Positions 1-10,608 of a stretch of 24,954 nucleotides of DNA are shown here, one piece after another. Position 1 is the stretch's first letter, and the number at the start of each line of letters is the position of its first letter. The stretch covers positions 1-24,954 of the IMG/VR virus record IMGVR_UViG_3300011335_000621; one strand, 5' to 3'. Below the pieces are notes generated by a model that did no database searches, had not been told where the DNA came from, and saw nothing but the letters and a program-made list of their open reading frames with translations. The stretch is from a virus. Its lineage: Duplodnaviria > Caudoviricetes. Position numbers and translations under genes: made by a program.

Positions 1-1897
1 ACCGTTTGTTTTTTTCTGGATCTGCTGGATCTCCAAAGACACCCATCTGTCTGAGCATGGCATACTTTTGCAATCGTGCGTCCGGTCCTTCATCACGGCT
101 TGATCCCGGTACATAAACAATGCGGAACTGACCACCATTACGGATTGCATCAAATCGCATAATGCCCTGTTCAATCTTGTCATTTGGAAGTTCGCCACCC
201 TCAACATTTCCAACAAACGGAACAATGGCAAACTGATTAACAAGAGCAACTTCCCATTCCTTAATACGTGCATTGCTAATTTCAATGTCTGCACGAATAA
301 AGCTATGTTGTGTATTGTCAGCCTTCTGCAATAAACGAACCGATTCAGCTGGAGTTCCAGCAGATGCCATACCCTGACTTACATCATGTAATCCAGCGAC
401 ATCCATCATGTCTTTTTCAACCATTTGCAACAACGGGAAAAGGTCTCCGCCAATACCCGGAGCACGTTGTATCTGTGGTGGATTAGAACCTCTATTGAAA
501 TAGACTTTGCGGTAAATGCGATTCTTGTCTTCAATTGCATCCGACTGATTGTCATATGCATCGGCGCCTACATTACTTAGACGCTCAATCATAATGTAAT
601 CTTTTTGACTCTCAAACTGCTCTAGTAGACGAGAGTAAATACGATTGTAAGTAGACTGCAATGCACATAAGTCAAAGCCTAATGAATATCCATATGGTGT
701 TCCAGATCGTGGTTGCCAGCGCAAAGGAATGAATGGAAATGAATCACGCTTTTCATATGGCCAGATGCCAGCATATAAAAGAACCCCGTTAGAAGAAACT
801 ATGTAACGACCTTTAGGGTAAAGAGCGGTTGGTTTCTCCCAATACTCATAGACCACAGAAGATAGCTTTCTGGTGTCGTAGTTATTAATTCGAGCAGTTG
901 ACGGAGGAACCCATCCACGCCCAGATCCATTAGCGCCTTCAAGATAACTGTCAATATATCCACTGTTATGTCCCATGACAGCATCAGGCTGTACTAGCTT
1001 ACCGATGTCTCCATAACTATCTACAAACCATGACAGCGGTTTAATCATGGCATGTATCATCCACCGGATGTCATCATCACGTTTTGCCGATGGATCAATG
1101 TACACATCAAAACAAGGAAGGATTTGTTCTACAACATCACCAACAGCCATTTGTTCATGACCAACAACTTGCTGTCCAGACATATCGTATTGCGGAACAA
1201 CTTGTTCTCGCTTAACATCCCAAAACACTTTTAAATAACTTGTGCCTGTAACGCAAGCCCAACGCACACGTTCCTTTAATTGAGTCTCACGATTAAACTT
1301 ACGATTGTAGTGATGGATTAAAAAGTTAGCTTCATCAGCAGCAGTCCTGTCATGATCAGAATCTGACAATGCAACAGCATTAGCATCTGGACTACATTGA
1401 GTTAGCTTGCCGATAACCCCATCAATTAATGGGCGAATCTTGTTTACAGTAATATATCTATTTGGTTCATTTGGATTTTGTAAATTAACTAGGTTGCGAC
1501 TATTAGTGTTAATCCTAAACCATTGGCGTCCTTCAAAAAACGCAGACGCCATTGCCCATTCAATTTCCATCTCACTGCGAGATCGATAAGCAGTATCAAA
1601 TTGAGTTTTTACAAAATCAACAATTTGACGATCTTGTTCTGGTTGATCACCGGGTACAACTTTCCAGTCTTTTCTTTGTAAATCTAAAGATAGGTTTTTA
1701 GGATCTTCAACTTTACTATTGAGTAATGGCTGTGAACCAACCATTCCAGTTGCTTTTGGCTTTGTGAATGCAGATACCTTAATTTTGTTATTCAATAACG
1801 CACGAGGAATCATACTGCGTAAAGCATTAGGATTTAATCCACGTGGTGGCAACGGAGGTTGCATATTCGGATCCATTGGAGGCATACTCATACCCAT
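1..1897 (-). CDS. Portal protein, P22-like (3' end truncated by window edge)
   Basis: Not in the ORF track because it runs off the edge. Manual translation from ATG 1897 (or ATG 1891, which overlaps the upstream TGA as ATGA) gives MGMSMPPMDPNMQPP...WAMASAFFEGRQW...NKIRPLIDGVIGKLT...D RTAADEANFLIHH...WACVTGTSYLKVFWD and ends in frame at ...GVFGDPADPEKNKR. These segments match P22-type portal N-termini, and the gene lies directly downstream of TerL. Confidence 0.85.
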   Translation of the reverse strand, partial: MGMSMPPMDPNMQPPLPPRGLNPNALRSMIPRALLNNKIKVSAFTKPKATGMVGSQPLLNSKVEDPKNLSLDLQRKDWKVVPGDQPEQDRQIVDFVKTQFDTAYRSRSEMEIEWAMASAFFEGRQWFRINTNSRNLVNLQNPNEPNRYITVNKIRPLIDGVIGKLTQCSPDANAVALSDSDHDRTAADEANFLIHHYNRKFNRETQLKERVRWACVTGTSYLKVFWDVKREQVVPQYDMSGQQVVGHEQMAVGDVVEQILPCFDVYIDPSAKRDDDIRWMIHAMIKPLSWFVDSYGDIGKLVQPDAVMGHNSGYIDSYLEGANGSGRGWVPPSTARINNYDTRKLSSVVYEYWEKPTALYPKGRYIVSSNGVLLYAGIWPYEKRDSFPFIPLRWQPRSGTPYGYSLGFDLCALQSTYNRIYSRLLEQFESQKDYIMIERLSNVGADAYDNQSDAIEDKNRIYRKVYFNRGSNPPQIQRAPGIGGDLFPLLQMVEKDMMDVAGLHDVSQGMASAGTPAESVRLLQKADNTQHSFIRADIEISNARIKEWEVALVNQFAIVPFVGNVEGGELPNDKIEQGIMRFDAIRNGGQFRIVYVPGSSRDEGPDARLQKYAMLRQMGVFGDPADPEKNKR

Positions 1898-2028
1898 TCA
1901 CCAACCTTCTCAATTAGCTTAAGTAACTTTTCAACTTTAATTTCTTGCAACGTTTTGTAAATCATATACTGTCCATATATCATTACGCTCATTAATAACA
2001 TAATGAGTATGCATTGAATCCATGCCAT
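1888..2028 (-). CDS. Small single-TM membrane protein (46 aa) between TerL and portal
   Basis: MAWIQCILIMLLMSVMIYGQYMIYKTLQEIKVEKLLKLIEKVGEWV. The start overlaps the TerL stop (TAATG) and the stop overlaps a portal ATG (ATGA), so it exactly fills the gap. Confidence 0.75.
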   Translation of the reverse strand: MAWIQCILIMLLMSVMIYGQYMIYKTLQEIKVEKLLKLIEKVGEWV

Positions 2029-3776
2029 TAAATGTAATCCTTTCGCTTATCTTCATCCAGCCATTTAGGACGATTGTTTTTACCTGTAAACTCTGAGTTC
2101 TTACTTACCTCTGGGCATTTAACTGGATTCATTCTCCACATTGCGCCATACCTAAAACTATCAATAGCGTGATCATTCTTAGTGCCATTGTCAATTTCAT
2201 CTGGATCTTTAGGACTTGCCATAGTTAATGACAACTGTTTAATTAAGTTTGGACAATTGCGACGTAAGATTCTTAACTTAGGTCTGATGATTCCAGCAAC
2301 AGAATCTAAATCGACCATCAATTCTTTACATCGTTGCCAGCCAGCTTTACGATCTTTAACAGCACGGACTGGGGGAAGGCCACGTTCCCACCAAATCTCA
2401 ACTGGATACTCACCAATACGTTCTTCTGTTTTCATGGGAGGAAACGTATTAGCCCAGTCAAAAGCAATAGCTTCTAACTTTGTATTCCACATTTTGTTTC
2501 TTTGTGCCGGGCTTTTAGGTTGCGCTAAATTATGTTTATCTAGTAAATCTAATACTGAACTTGCTTGCTCTGAACTCACTTGTCCAGCTTGATACCACTC
2601 ATCTATGACATAAACATTTTCACGTTCGTCACTAGCAAACAATAAGAAACACGCAGGTGCACCAGTACCAAAGTCATGACTGCCCCAGAACCTCCACCAA
2701 GGCTGTACCTCGATTGCATCGACTACATGCCAAGGTTCACCAGCCATGCCATATTCTTTAAACTCTGGGAAGAATTTACCGCCGACTCCAACGTCATGCT
2801 GACACTCACGCAAGAATGGTAACAGCCCAAAGTCTTCTATTTCACGCTGGCATACAGCAATGCTTTTATGCGACCACGTTGGTGTACCGCCAGTAATTTT
2901 ATATGAAATACGACCGTCTTCTTTTTCAACGGGATCATATTTCAAATCATTAATTGCTGGAACAATCTTGCTTTGAATTCTGTTTTGCAACATATCCAAC
3001 TCGCCAGTTAAAACACGACTCATGACGCTATTTGCATGAATAGCATTCTGGACAAAAACAATTGCAGCATCAGTACTTTTTGCAGGAAGGATGGTTTGCG
3101 TTATTGTTTGAATCTTCTTTTCAACTCGATTGACAGAGTCATCCAATTCATCGATGTCGTCCAAAATAATAAAGTCAGGACGTAGATGATCAAGCTTAAC
3201 ACCACGTGCACCGGTATCCAAACCAAAAGCCAACACGTTAAATCCGTTAGCAGTACGTAACTTAGATGCATTCCAACCTTTTGAAAAACCGTATTGGTTA
3301 ACAGCTCGCTCAATGCCACACTTTTCCATGACGTTAGCAATATCACTAACGTGTCTATTTGCTGCATCCTGTGTAGCGCACACATACAAAACAAATCGCC
3401 TTGTAGCACGTACAGCAGTTCGGCAGGTAATTAGTTCAACAGTAGTGGACTTTCCACCACCACGGAACCAGCATTCAATAAGTGCTGGTGGTGGGTCACC
3501 CTGCGAAAAAGTATCTGACCAATCCCACGCACGTACGTGATGACTACCTAATTCAGAGCTTGCTGCATGAGGGGCATACGTCTTTAACCAAGACCGATAA
3601 TCAAGATCGGCACCTACTAATGGAGTTGCTACACCAAAATCAAATTCACCATTATCAATAGATGATTCAATTTCATCATTTAATGCTTGAAGTAAACTTA
3701 GAGATAAAGACTGACTTGTACGTACAAACTTCTTAAGCTGTTTCGGTGTCGATGACTTGTTCACTGTTAGTTTCAT
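2028..3776 (-). CDS. terL: Terminase large subunit
   Basis: Walker A FRGGGKST, Walker B FIILDD, RNase H-like nuclease motifs WGSHDFG and C-terminal DHAIDSFRYG; adjacent to portal. Confidence 0.93.
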   Translation of the reverse strand: MKLTVNKSSTPKQLKKFVRTSQSLSLSLLQALNDEIESSIDNGEFDFGVATPLVGADLDYRSWLKTYAPHAASSELGSHHVRAWDWSDTFSQGDPPPALIECWFRGGGKSTTVELITCRTAVRATRRFVLYVCATQDAANRHVSDIANVMEKCGIERAVNQYGFSKGWNASKLRTANGFNVLAFGLDTGARGVKLDHLRPDFIILDDIDELDDSVNRVEKKIQTITQTILPAKSTDAAIVFVQNAIHANSVMSRVLTGELDMLQNRIQSKIVPAINDLKYDPVEKEDGRISYKITGGTPTWSHKSIAVCQREIEDFGLLPFLRECQHDVGVGGKFFPEFKEYGMAGEPWHVVDAIEVQPWWRFWGSHDFGTGAPACFLLFASDERENVYVIDEWYQAGQVSSEQASSVLDLLDKHNLAQPKSPAQRNKMWNTKLEAIAFDWANTFPPMKTEERIGEYPVEIWWERGLPPVRAVKDRKAGWQRCKELMVDLDSVAGIIRPKLRILRRNCPNLIKQLSLTMASPKDPDEIDNGTKNDHAIDSFRYGAMWRMNPVKCPEVSKNSEFTGKNNRPKWLDEDKRKDYI

Positions 3777-4473
3777 CTGTTACCTCCACATCAATTATTT
3801 CTTCATCAATTTGATATTGCTTAATCAATTTGCCGATCTCCGCGTTAATTGCTTTTAACTCGTCTGCACTTTTAATATGACGTTTCATTGCAGCATACAC
3901 CTGCATCACAAGACTGTAAGCCTGATCAACTTCAAGGGTATACGCTTTAACCTGCAACATGCGCTGCTCGGCTTCAATGATGTCTGTACGCTTTTCAATT
4001 AACTTTACGACTTCATCACTAGCACTTAACGCATCAACACCACGGTCTACAAGATCAGTAAGCTCACTAGCAGCTGCGGTCAATACATCCAAATCACCAG
4101 ACTTAGCAGCAGAAGTTAATGTTCGTGCAACTGATTTTATTTTGTTGTAATGATCAATGCTGATTCCATCAGAAATAGAAGCAGCTTTAATATCCATTAA
4201 TGCAGTCACAAATGCTGCATCGTCCTTTAATGAAAAAAGATCTGGATCTTCTCTAAGTTCGTTTATGCGATCTAATAACTGACGGCCAACCTCACTAAAT
4301 CGTTTTCTGTATGGAGATTTTAATCCATGCATAAATCTATTTTCGTGAACTATGGCTTTACTTTTTTTGTCATGCTTGTCGCAAAAATACGATCCATTTT
4401 TTGCATGGAGGTCACATTGCGTGGTTATACCGTTTGATCGAAATGTGGCTGCGCATTGTTGCATGTCATTCAT
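3733..4473 (-). CDS. Putative terminase small subunit with N-terminal Cys/His zinc knuckle
   Basis: Directly upstream of and overlapping terL. N-terminal C-x12-C-x10-C-x2-H followed by a HGLKS segment and a helical body. The call is mainly positional. Confidence 0.55.
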   Translation of the reverse strand: MNDMQQCAATFRSNGITTQCDLHAKNGSYFCDKHDKKSKAIVHENRFMHGLKSPYRKRFSEVGRQLLDRINELREDPDLFSLKDDAAFVTALMDIKAASISDGISIDHYNKIKSVARTLTSAAKSGDLDVLTAAASELTDLVDRGVDALSASDEVVKLIEKRTDIIEAEQRMLQVKAYTLEVDQAYSLVMQVYAAMKRHIKSADELKAINAEIGKLIKQYQIDEEIIDVEVTDETNSEQVIDTETA

Positions 4474-4492
4474 ACTACATCAATAAGTAATG

Positions 4493-5455
4493 TTACGGTA
4501 TAAACGAGTCTTGAGTAGCGCGACCAATTCCCTGTATAGATGCTTTTAAATCACGTTTATGGTTAGGCAATATGTAATCTCTCATAATCCGCGCTGCGTC
4601 AGACCACGATGATTTTTCTTTTGTATCTTCAAATGATTGTGTTGCCGGATTATAAGCTTGTTTAGGGCGTTTAGTCATAGCTGCTGATGCAAGAGAAACA
4701 GGATGAGAACCTAATTCAGTTAAACCATAACCAACAGGATTAAGAATATCTGTCAACAAATCTAAAACATGACTACCGTAATTAGGTTGTCCTTGTGCAT
4801 TTGGGCGCAACTCGGCCACTGTGTGTCCTCTGTATCCAGCAAGTTGTTTTGGAAGACGTGCATTAGATACTGGAACTGTAGCTTTCATTGCTTGAGGTGA
4901 ATTCATAAATCCTGCTAGTGCTGTTAATGGATCTTCTATTCGAGTGCCTTTTACATTTATTCCCGGATTACCATTATTTTTTCTATCTTCACTTTGCCAT
5001 TTAGGCCCCATGATTTTGTCTCTTAGAAATTTATCAATCTCAGGATAATTAGCTTGATACATAGAGTCAGCAGCAAAATTAATAGCAGGTGCAAAAGGAC
5101 CCGTTGGAATCGTGGCTGCATCTTGCACAGTGTTTAAAAATAAATGCAGTGCATTCATTTCTTGTTGTCTTTGTTTTGTGTTATTGCCAGACAAATCAAA
5201 TCGTGGATCATCTACTGGTAAAGCACTTGTGTCAATCATATTACGTAATAACACAGGAGCTTGACCCAGCATACTCATTCCTTTAGTTGCTCTAGAAAAA
5301 GCAGAAGGAACAGGTGGAAGGCGGCTGTTAGCAGAAGCGTGTGCTGGTGATTTAAAAACTTGTACACCATTTTTTGATGCAATAGGTTTTCGTGGATCAT
5401 ATCCAGCAGATATTCTCTGTGACCTTGGAGTAACATTTTGTCGTGGATCGGGCAT
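4493..5455 (-). CDS. Hypothetical protein (320 aa), possibly virion-associated
   Basis: Long ORF translationally coupled to the 1248-aa gene (TAATG overlap at 5455); no recognisable motif. Confidence 0.75.
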   Translation of the reverse strand: MPDPRQNVTPRSQRISAGYDPRKPIASKNGVQVFKSPAHASANSRLPPVPSAFSRATKGMSMLGQAPVLLRNMIDTSALPVDDPRFDLSGNNTKQRQQEMNALHLFLNTVQDAATIPTGPFAPAINFAADSMYQANYPEIDKFLRDKIMGPKWQSEDRKNNGNPGINVKGTRIEDPLTALAGFMNSPQAMKATVPVSNARLPKQLAGYRGHTVAELRPNAQGQPNYGSHVLDLLTDILNPVGYGLTELGSHPVSLASAAMTKRPKQAYNPATQSFEDTKEKSSWSDAARIMRDYILPNHKRDLKASIQGIGRATQDSFIP

Positions 5456-8400
5456 TATCTTCTCGCGTTAATTCCTGTAGCTGCTCCAACTCCTGCTCCA
5501 AATCCTAATAAACCTCTACCAAGTAATGCTGCCCGTCGTTTTTGTTGTGGTGTACGTCCTGCCGTTGACGTTTCAGCTGGCTCTGCATTATATTTGACTA
5601 CACCACGTGCACCGGTAGTTGGAGCGTCTAACTCTAATGAGACTGGGTTAACTCCAAGTTTCGGTGAACGTTGTGCCATTAATTTCATCACGCCAGTAAT
5701 TGCTTCTTGATGAGAAGCATTCTGTTCTTTTGTGCCAGATGGGTCATATGCCATAACTTGTGTAAGTGTCTTACCATTTGTTAACTGACGTCCTAACCAC
5801 ATGGCTGTTTTAGCATCAGCAGCTGGTAGGTTTCGTGCTGCGCCATTCCATTCAGATAACCATTCCTGTGGTGTTTGCTTGCCCATAAATGGTTGATGGA
5901 CTAAGTCACTTAACTGGGCAGGTGCAGGCGCTGGATATGCAGGACCCTTATCTCCAATTATTGAGGCATTTGAAACCATACTCCGACCTAATGCATTTCC
6001 TGCACCGGTAATAGGATCACCCGCTAATTCAGCCCTTCGAGTTTTTGATTGACGAACAACACTTCCAAGAGCAGCTGTTTCAGTTGGGCTAAATCTACTT
6101 GTCTTTACAGCTGGTCTTCGTCCCGGACTAGCTATTCCTTGCTTGGCTTCACCAATTAATTCCGTAATGCGTTGCAAGGTTGCTGGTCCAGTTTGTGGAT
6201 TTGAAAGTTTTCGTAAAAACCTTTCGCCGGGTGCCATTTCTCCTCTTTGATCTGTGTAATTAGTTAAATCTCCACCATTTCCAAATGTTTTAATTATTGC
6301 TTCAGCTTCACGACCAAAACTTGTAAACTCTTGATTAGACATTCCTAATGGATTTGTAGTAACAGCTCTACGTGTTGCACTTGGTTGAAACAACTGTAAT
6401 GTTGGCATTTTTTGAGTTGGATCTAATCCATTAAGCATGTCAACTACTTTTACTACATTGTCAGTATTACCTACTTGACCTGTTTTTGTTAACTTAGCAA
6501 TATGATTACGAAACTCTTGAAACACTGCAGAATCACCTTGTGATTTAGCTAGTTTGTCACCCTCTAAACGCAAAAGCCTTTGTACAGTTTCGGTGCTTTC
6601 ACCTGCTGTTGTACTCTTTACTTTTTGTGTTCCAGTTCCACCTGATGCAGCATATTTAACTCCAATAGACTTAATTAACTTGTCATTCATGTTTTGCAGT
6701 TGGAAATTGATAGCTTTTTTGACAGTAGGATTAGTATCTGTTCCTAAACGCTGCCACAACATCCACATCCTGTTATAGTCATCACCTGTAAATGGTGCAG
6801 CATCAGGTTTGACAACATCCGCTGTTTGAGCACGTTGTTTTTGAGCAGGTATAACAGTTGCTACAGATTTGACTGGCGCACCACCGGGACGTAATTCAGC
6901 AGCAAATTCAGGGAGTACTTTACCAAGTTCTCCTAACACAGACATGCTAGTGCCTTGAGCAGTAGGTGAATTTGGATTAAATACAGCATGCCAAATACGG
7001 TTTGATAACTGCGTACTTAGTTGTGTATCAGCATTAATTTCTCCAGTAAATCGTAATCCCGGAATGCTCCGTACGCCTTTTTTATTTGGTGCTGCTAATG
7101 CACGGTCAATTAAACTTGCGTAAAGTTCTGGGTTCTGTGACTTAACAGTTTCCAACATTCGTTGACCACCAAGGCCAAGGTTTGCAATGCGTCCAGCTTC
7201 GGTAGAATGTGGATCTGCAAAAATACCAAAGTTTAATTGGTTACTTGCAATACCTGATTTAATAGCCGAATTACGTAATGTTTTTAAATAAAGATCAAGC
7301 TTGCCTTGTTCTGGAGTGTAAAGAGTACCCTCTCCAAGTTGTTTTTTTACATCTACCGGATCCATATTAGCCGTTAAAGCATTTGCAGTACGCGGCATAA
7401 TGTTTGATAATGCGCGTTCATTTAAATGCGGTAGTAAACTTTTATGTATTTGACCCCAGTCTGTAGATGCTTTATTAGTTAGTAAATCTGTTGCCGCATC
7501 TAAATCGCGTACAAAATCTGGATGAGACCACGACATACCTAAACCACTAAGTAATTGATTAGGTAAATTTAAATTATTTACAAGATTAGCAACATATGTT
7601 GGGACAGTTGGTCCTCCAACACGAGCTTTATTTGATCGTGACATAGACACAAAACTAATAATCTCCTGCATTTTTTGCGGAGTCATTGTGCCTTTGTCGT
7701 TTAAATTTAACGTGTTTTCAATTTGTTTTGTTAATTGAACACCAATTGGTGAGTGTGGATTATTTACAAGGGCATCAACAAATCTACCCATTGCTAAAGA
7801 TGCTTCACGCAGTCCCGGCCTACCGGAATTTTTAAACTCACCTTCCATGCGGTTTTGAACAACTGTTCCAGCTGACTTTAAAATTGTAGGTGCAACATCT
7901 TTAATAGAAATTGGTGCTGGCTTATCTACTTTATTAATGCCTGAAAAACCAAATTGTTTAAATTCACCAAATGGAACATTACTTACAAATGCAGATAGGT
8001 TTGAATTTTTAGTTAAACTTGTACCTATGCGAGCATTTAAACGTTTGATATCTGTTGCTGATCCACTTTCAAGTGTTTTCATTGCATCGGATACAGTTTG
8101 TCCCCATGCATCAACAATTGGTTTTGTATATTGGCCCGTCCAACCACGTTCTTTAGCTGTTTCATTTGCAGTAGCTAGAGAAGTTGTTCCACGTGCAATA
8201 TTTAAAATAAGATCTTGAGCGTCTTTATTACCTTCGTTTTGTACAAACGCTGTGCCAAGTGTTCCCCAAACACCATAATCTCGTCCGCTTTTTGCTAATC
8301 CATGAACAACTTTTAACTTTTCACCAAGTGACTTATTTCCAGCATTTGCACCTTGTACAACTGAATCAAATACATCAAGTAATCCTGTACTGCTTTGTGG

Positions 8401-9201
8401 GCTGTATAATTTGTCTGTTAATGCTTGTACATCAATTTGCGGAGCAAATCGTGGCAGCATGTGACCAGACCTAGTTGTTTGTGGTGCTTGTCCTGTAACC
8501 AATGGTACTGGTGCCTTTGGTAACGCACTAACTACACGACCACCTTCGGTTTTAACTCGTGGTGCAGGCGTAGATACATCTATTGCCTTAGCACCCATAT
8601 CGCGAATGTATTTGATTCGCGCTGGCCCATCAGCACCTTTTGGAAAACCTTCTGGTGCAGCATACTCACCAGTTGAAATCTTTTTGTCAATTTCTGCTGC
8701 AGCTTCATCAATAGAGCCATGTCTAGTTGTTGATTGAACGGATACTCGTGGAGCAGCCGTCATACCCGATGCAGCACCACCTCCAGTTTTTGCTGGAATT
8801 GGAGCAGGTCGTATTGTTGCAGTAGATTGTCCACCTACCGTTGTTTTAAAATAATCACCAATAGCTTCTGGTGTCAGACGAGTAATTGGTTTAGGTGTTT
8901 CTACAGCAGGTGGTGCAAATGTTTTAATATGCTCCGCTGTTAAACCCGGAATAGATGTTCCAAGCTCAGACAAGATTCCTTCAATAGGTTCACCTTTACG
9001 TAGACGAGCACGAATTGAACCCTGTTGTGCAAATGGAATTAACTTTAACGCTTCAGATTTAAAGTTAGGTAATGGGGCAGCACCTTCTGCTGGAGGCGGT
9101 GGAGGAGGAGGAGGCATTGCCCCTGCAGTTGGCTGAGAGCCACCAGATTTACCACCGGGCATTTGTCCCAAAATCATTGCTGTTAAAGCTGAAACGTTCA
9201 T
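5455..9201 (-). CDS. Large hypothetical protein (1248 aa), possible internal virion/DNA-ejection protein
   Basis: Long ORF with a poly-Pro N-terminal linker, Ala/Gly/Thr-rich composition, no Cys seen, and a C-terminal Gly-rich hydrophobic tail GLLGFGAGVGAATGINARR. Function is inferred. Confidence 0.7.
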   Translation of the reverse strand: MNVSALTAMILGQMPGGKSGGSQPTAGAMPPPPPPPPAEGAAPLPNFKSEALKLIPFAQQGSIRARLRKGEPIEGILSELGTSIPGLTAEHIKTFAPPAVETPKPITRLTPEAIGDYFKTTVGGQSTATIRPAPIPAKTGGGAASGMTAAPRVSVQSTTRHGSIDEAAAEIDKKISTGEYAAPEGFPKGADGPARIKYIRDMGAKAIDVSTPAPRVKTEGGRVVSALPKAPVPLVTGQAPQTTRSGHMLPRFAPQIDVQALTDKLYSPQSSTGLLDVFDSVVQGANAGNKSLGEKLKVVHGLAKSGRDYGVWGTLGTAFVQNEGNKDAQDLILNIARGTTSLATANETAKERGWTGQYTKPIVDAWGQTVSDAMKTLESGSATDIKRLNARIGTSLTKNSNLSAFVSNVPFGEFKQFGFSGINKVDKPAPISIKDVAPTILKSAGTVVQNRMEGEFKNSGRPGLREASLAMGRFVDALVNNPHSPIGVQLTKQIENTLNLNDKGTMTPQKMQEIISFVSMSRSNKARVGGPTVPTYVANLVNNLNLPNQLLSGLGMSWSHPDFVRDLDAATDLLTNKASTDWGQIHKSLLPHLNERALSNIMPRTANALTANMDPVDVKKQLGEGTLYTPEQGKLDLYLKTLRNSAIKSGIASNQLNFGIFADPHSTEAGRIANLGLGGQRMLETVKSQNPELYASLIDRALAAPNKKGVRSIPGLRFTGEINADTQLSTQLSNRIWHAVFNPNSPTAQGTSMSVLGELGKVLPEFAAELRPGGAPVKSVATVIPAQKQRAQTADVVKPDAAPFTGDDYNRMWMLWQRLGTDTNPTVKKAINFQLQNMNDKLIKSIGVKYAASGGTGTQKVKSTTAGESTETVQRLLRLEGDKLAKSQGDSAVFQEFRNHIAKLTKTGQVGNTDNVVKVVDMLNGLDPTQKMPTLQLFQPSATRRAVTTNPLGMSNQEFTSFGREAEAIIKTFGNGGDLTNYTDQRGEMAPGERFLRKLSNPQTGPATLQRITELIGEAKQGIASPGRRPAVKTSRFSPTETAALGSVVRQSKTRRAELAGDPITGAGNALGRSMVSNASIIGDKGPAYPAPAPAQLSDLVHQPFMGKQTPQEWLSEWNGAARNLPAADAKTAMWLGRQLTNGKTLTQVMAYDPSGTKEQNASHQEAITGVMKLMAQRSPKLGVNPVSLELDAPTTGARGVVKYNAEPAETSTAGRTPQQKRRAALLGRGLLGFGAGVGAATGINARR

Positions 9202-9204
9202 AAG

Positions 9205-9438
9205 TTAGCCTTTAAACCCTTTACCAATAACTACCTTGCCATTCTTAAGGTGTTCTTTTTTCTCCATTGCCATGATCTGAGCTTTGGTAGGCGCCTTCTT
9301 TAATCCGTGTTCTTTCATTTCCATCTGAGGGAGACTTTTAGATGTAGGCATTTTTTTCATGCCGTGTTCTTTTTTTTCAATCCCCATCAAACCACTCCAT
9401 GACAAACTGTTGATGTGTTTATTCATTTTGTTTATCAT
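9205..9438 (-). CDS. Small basic Lys/Met-rich protein with three ExKEH repeats
   Basis: MGIEKKEHGMKK / MEMKEHGLKK / MEKKEHLK; ATGA-coupled to the upstream gene. Confidence 0.75.
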   Translation of the reverse strand: MINKMNKHINSLSWSGLMGIEKKEHGMKKMPTSKSLPQMEMKEHGLKKAPTKAQIMAMEKKEHLKNGKVVIGKGFKG

Positions 9439-10589
9439 TTTCCTACTACTCGCGTTCCTGAACTGTGTGTTTTGCCAGACTGACGAGGTTCACCGCCAGC
9501 AAATCGATTTTCTTGTGTTAGCATCCGTCCCTTTACTGGACCCATGTCTTCGGCTTTATCTCTACGGTGATTTTGAAGCGCTTCTGATCCAATGCGTTGT
9601 GCATTTAGTGCTCCTGCAACTGCAACGCCAGCACCTAAACCTGCAAGTCCTGCTTTTGCAAGACCCGGTGCATTCATCTTAAACTGGCTACCAATTGACT
9701 TAGGAGGTGCTTCGGAAACGTGCATTCCAGACGGTCGTTTTGTGCCAGCGTCAACAAACTCTTTACCTAATGGACGCATTGCGTAATTACCAAGATCACG
9801 TGCTACAGATTCTTTAGTAGCTGGTCCCGGCTGTTGACGATGCGAGTCACTAGGAGCAACACCATCGTAATTATCTACATTTGTTACATTGTTTCCAGTT
9901 TGTCGCTTATTACCCGTCATCTCACGCATGCGATCTGTTTGGTTTCCATAATATTCATTGGCGTGTGCGCCAGCCATTAGTTTTGCAGAATCTTCATGCA
10001 TACGCGCAGTGTTATTTGCATTGCGAACATTTTGATTATTAAACTCATCAAGTCCAACATTTTGACCACGGCTTGGACGATGTCCAGTTCGCGTGTCACT
10101 AGCTAATTTACGTAATTCTCTACCAGCACGAATATCTGGTGCAGATTTTGGGCTTGTGGTATTTTGTGTGCCTTTAATTACTGGCGGTCTCTTTCCAAAT
10201 GCATGCCCATTTACAATGTCATTTGCATCACTGCTAAACATGTCGCGGACATGGCGATTATCAATCTCACCTAATCGTTTATGGTATGTATCTAAGCGTT
10301 GATTAAAAGATGGACTAGCTAAACGGGCAAGATCAAGTGTTTCTCGTGCTGTATCACCGGGAGTTCGTCGATAATCAATAAACGATGCATTGTTGATAGC
10401 GCTTTGGCTTAAACCCATTGATGGTGGCTGTGAAGATCCAACTGGACTCATGCCGCCACGAACATTAGAGCGACTACCACCGGTTGTTTCACCACGCGTT
10501 GTACCTACAGCACGTGTTGTTACACCTTTAGCACGTGCTGCAGTTGCATCAGCACGACGTTGATCACCCGGACGATTACCCTGTGGCAT
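9435..10589 (-). CDS. Hypothetical Gly/Arg-rich protein (384 aa), largely disordered
   Basis: ORF with upstream AGGTG RBS-like sequence; contains the GLAGLGAGVAVAGALNAQR motif. Confidence 0.78.
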   Translation of the reverse strand: MPQGNRPGDQRRADATAARAKGVTTRAVGTTRGETTGGSRSNVRGGMSPVGSSQPPSMGLSQSAINNASFIDYRRTPGDTARETLDLARLASPSFNQRLDTYHKRLGEIDNRHVRDMFSSDANDIVNGHAFGKRPPVIKGTQNTTSPKSAPDIRAGRELRKLASDTRTGHRPSRGQNVGLDEFNNQNVRNANNTARMHEDSAKLMAGAHANEYYGNQTDRMREMTGNKRQTGNNVTNVDNYDGVAPSDSHRQQPGPATKESVARDLGNYAMRPLGKEFVDAGTKRPSGMHVSEAPPKSIGSQFKMNAPGLAKAGLAGLGAGVAVAGALNAQRIGSEALQNHRRDKAEDMGPVKGRMLTQENRFAGGEPRQSGKTHSSGTRVVGK

Positions 10590-10608
10590 GGTTACACCTA
10601 CCTATCCA

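Noticed and set aside
799-1922. Short ORFs at 799-984, 1052-1234, 1407-1589 and 1719-1922
   Set aside because: All lie within or antisense to the portal reading frame.
4490-4503. ATGTTACGGTATAA resembling the TACTTACGG promoter
   Set aside because: It is a partial match that coincides with a gene's last codons and points antisense into the operon, so it is probably chance.
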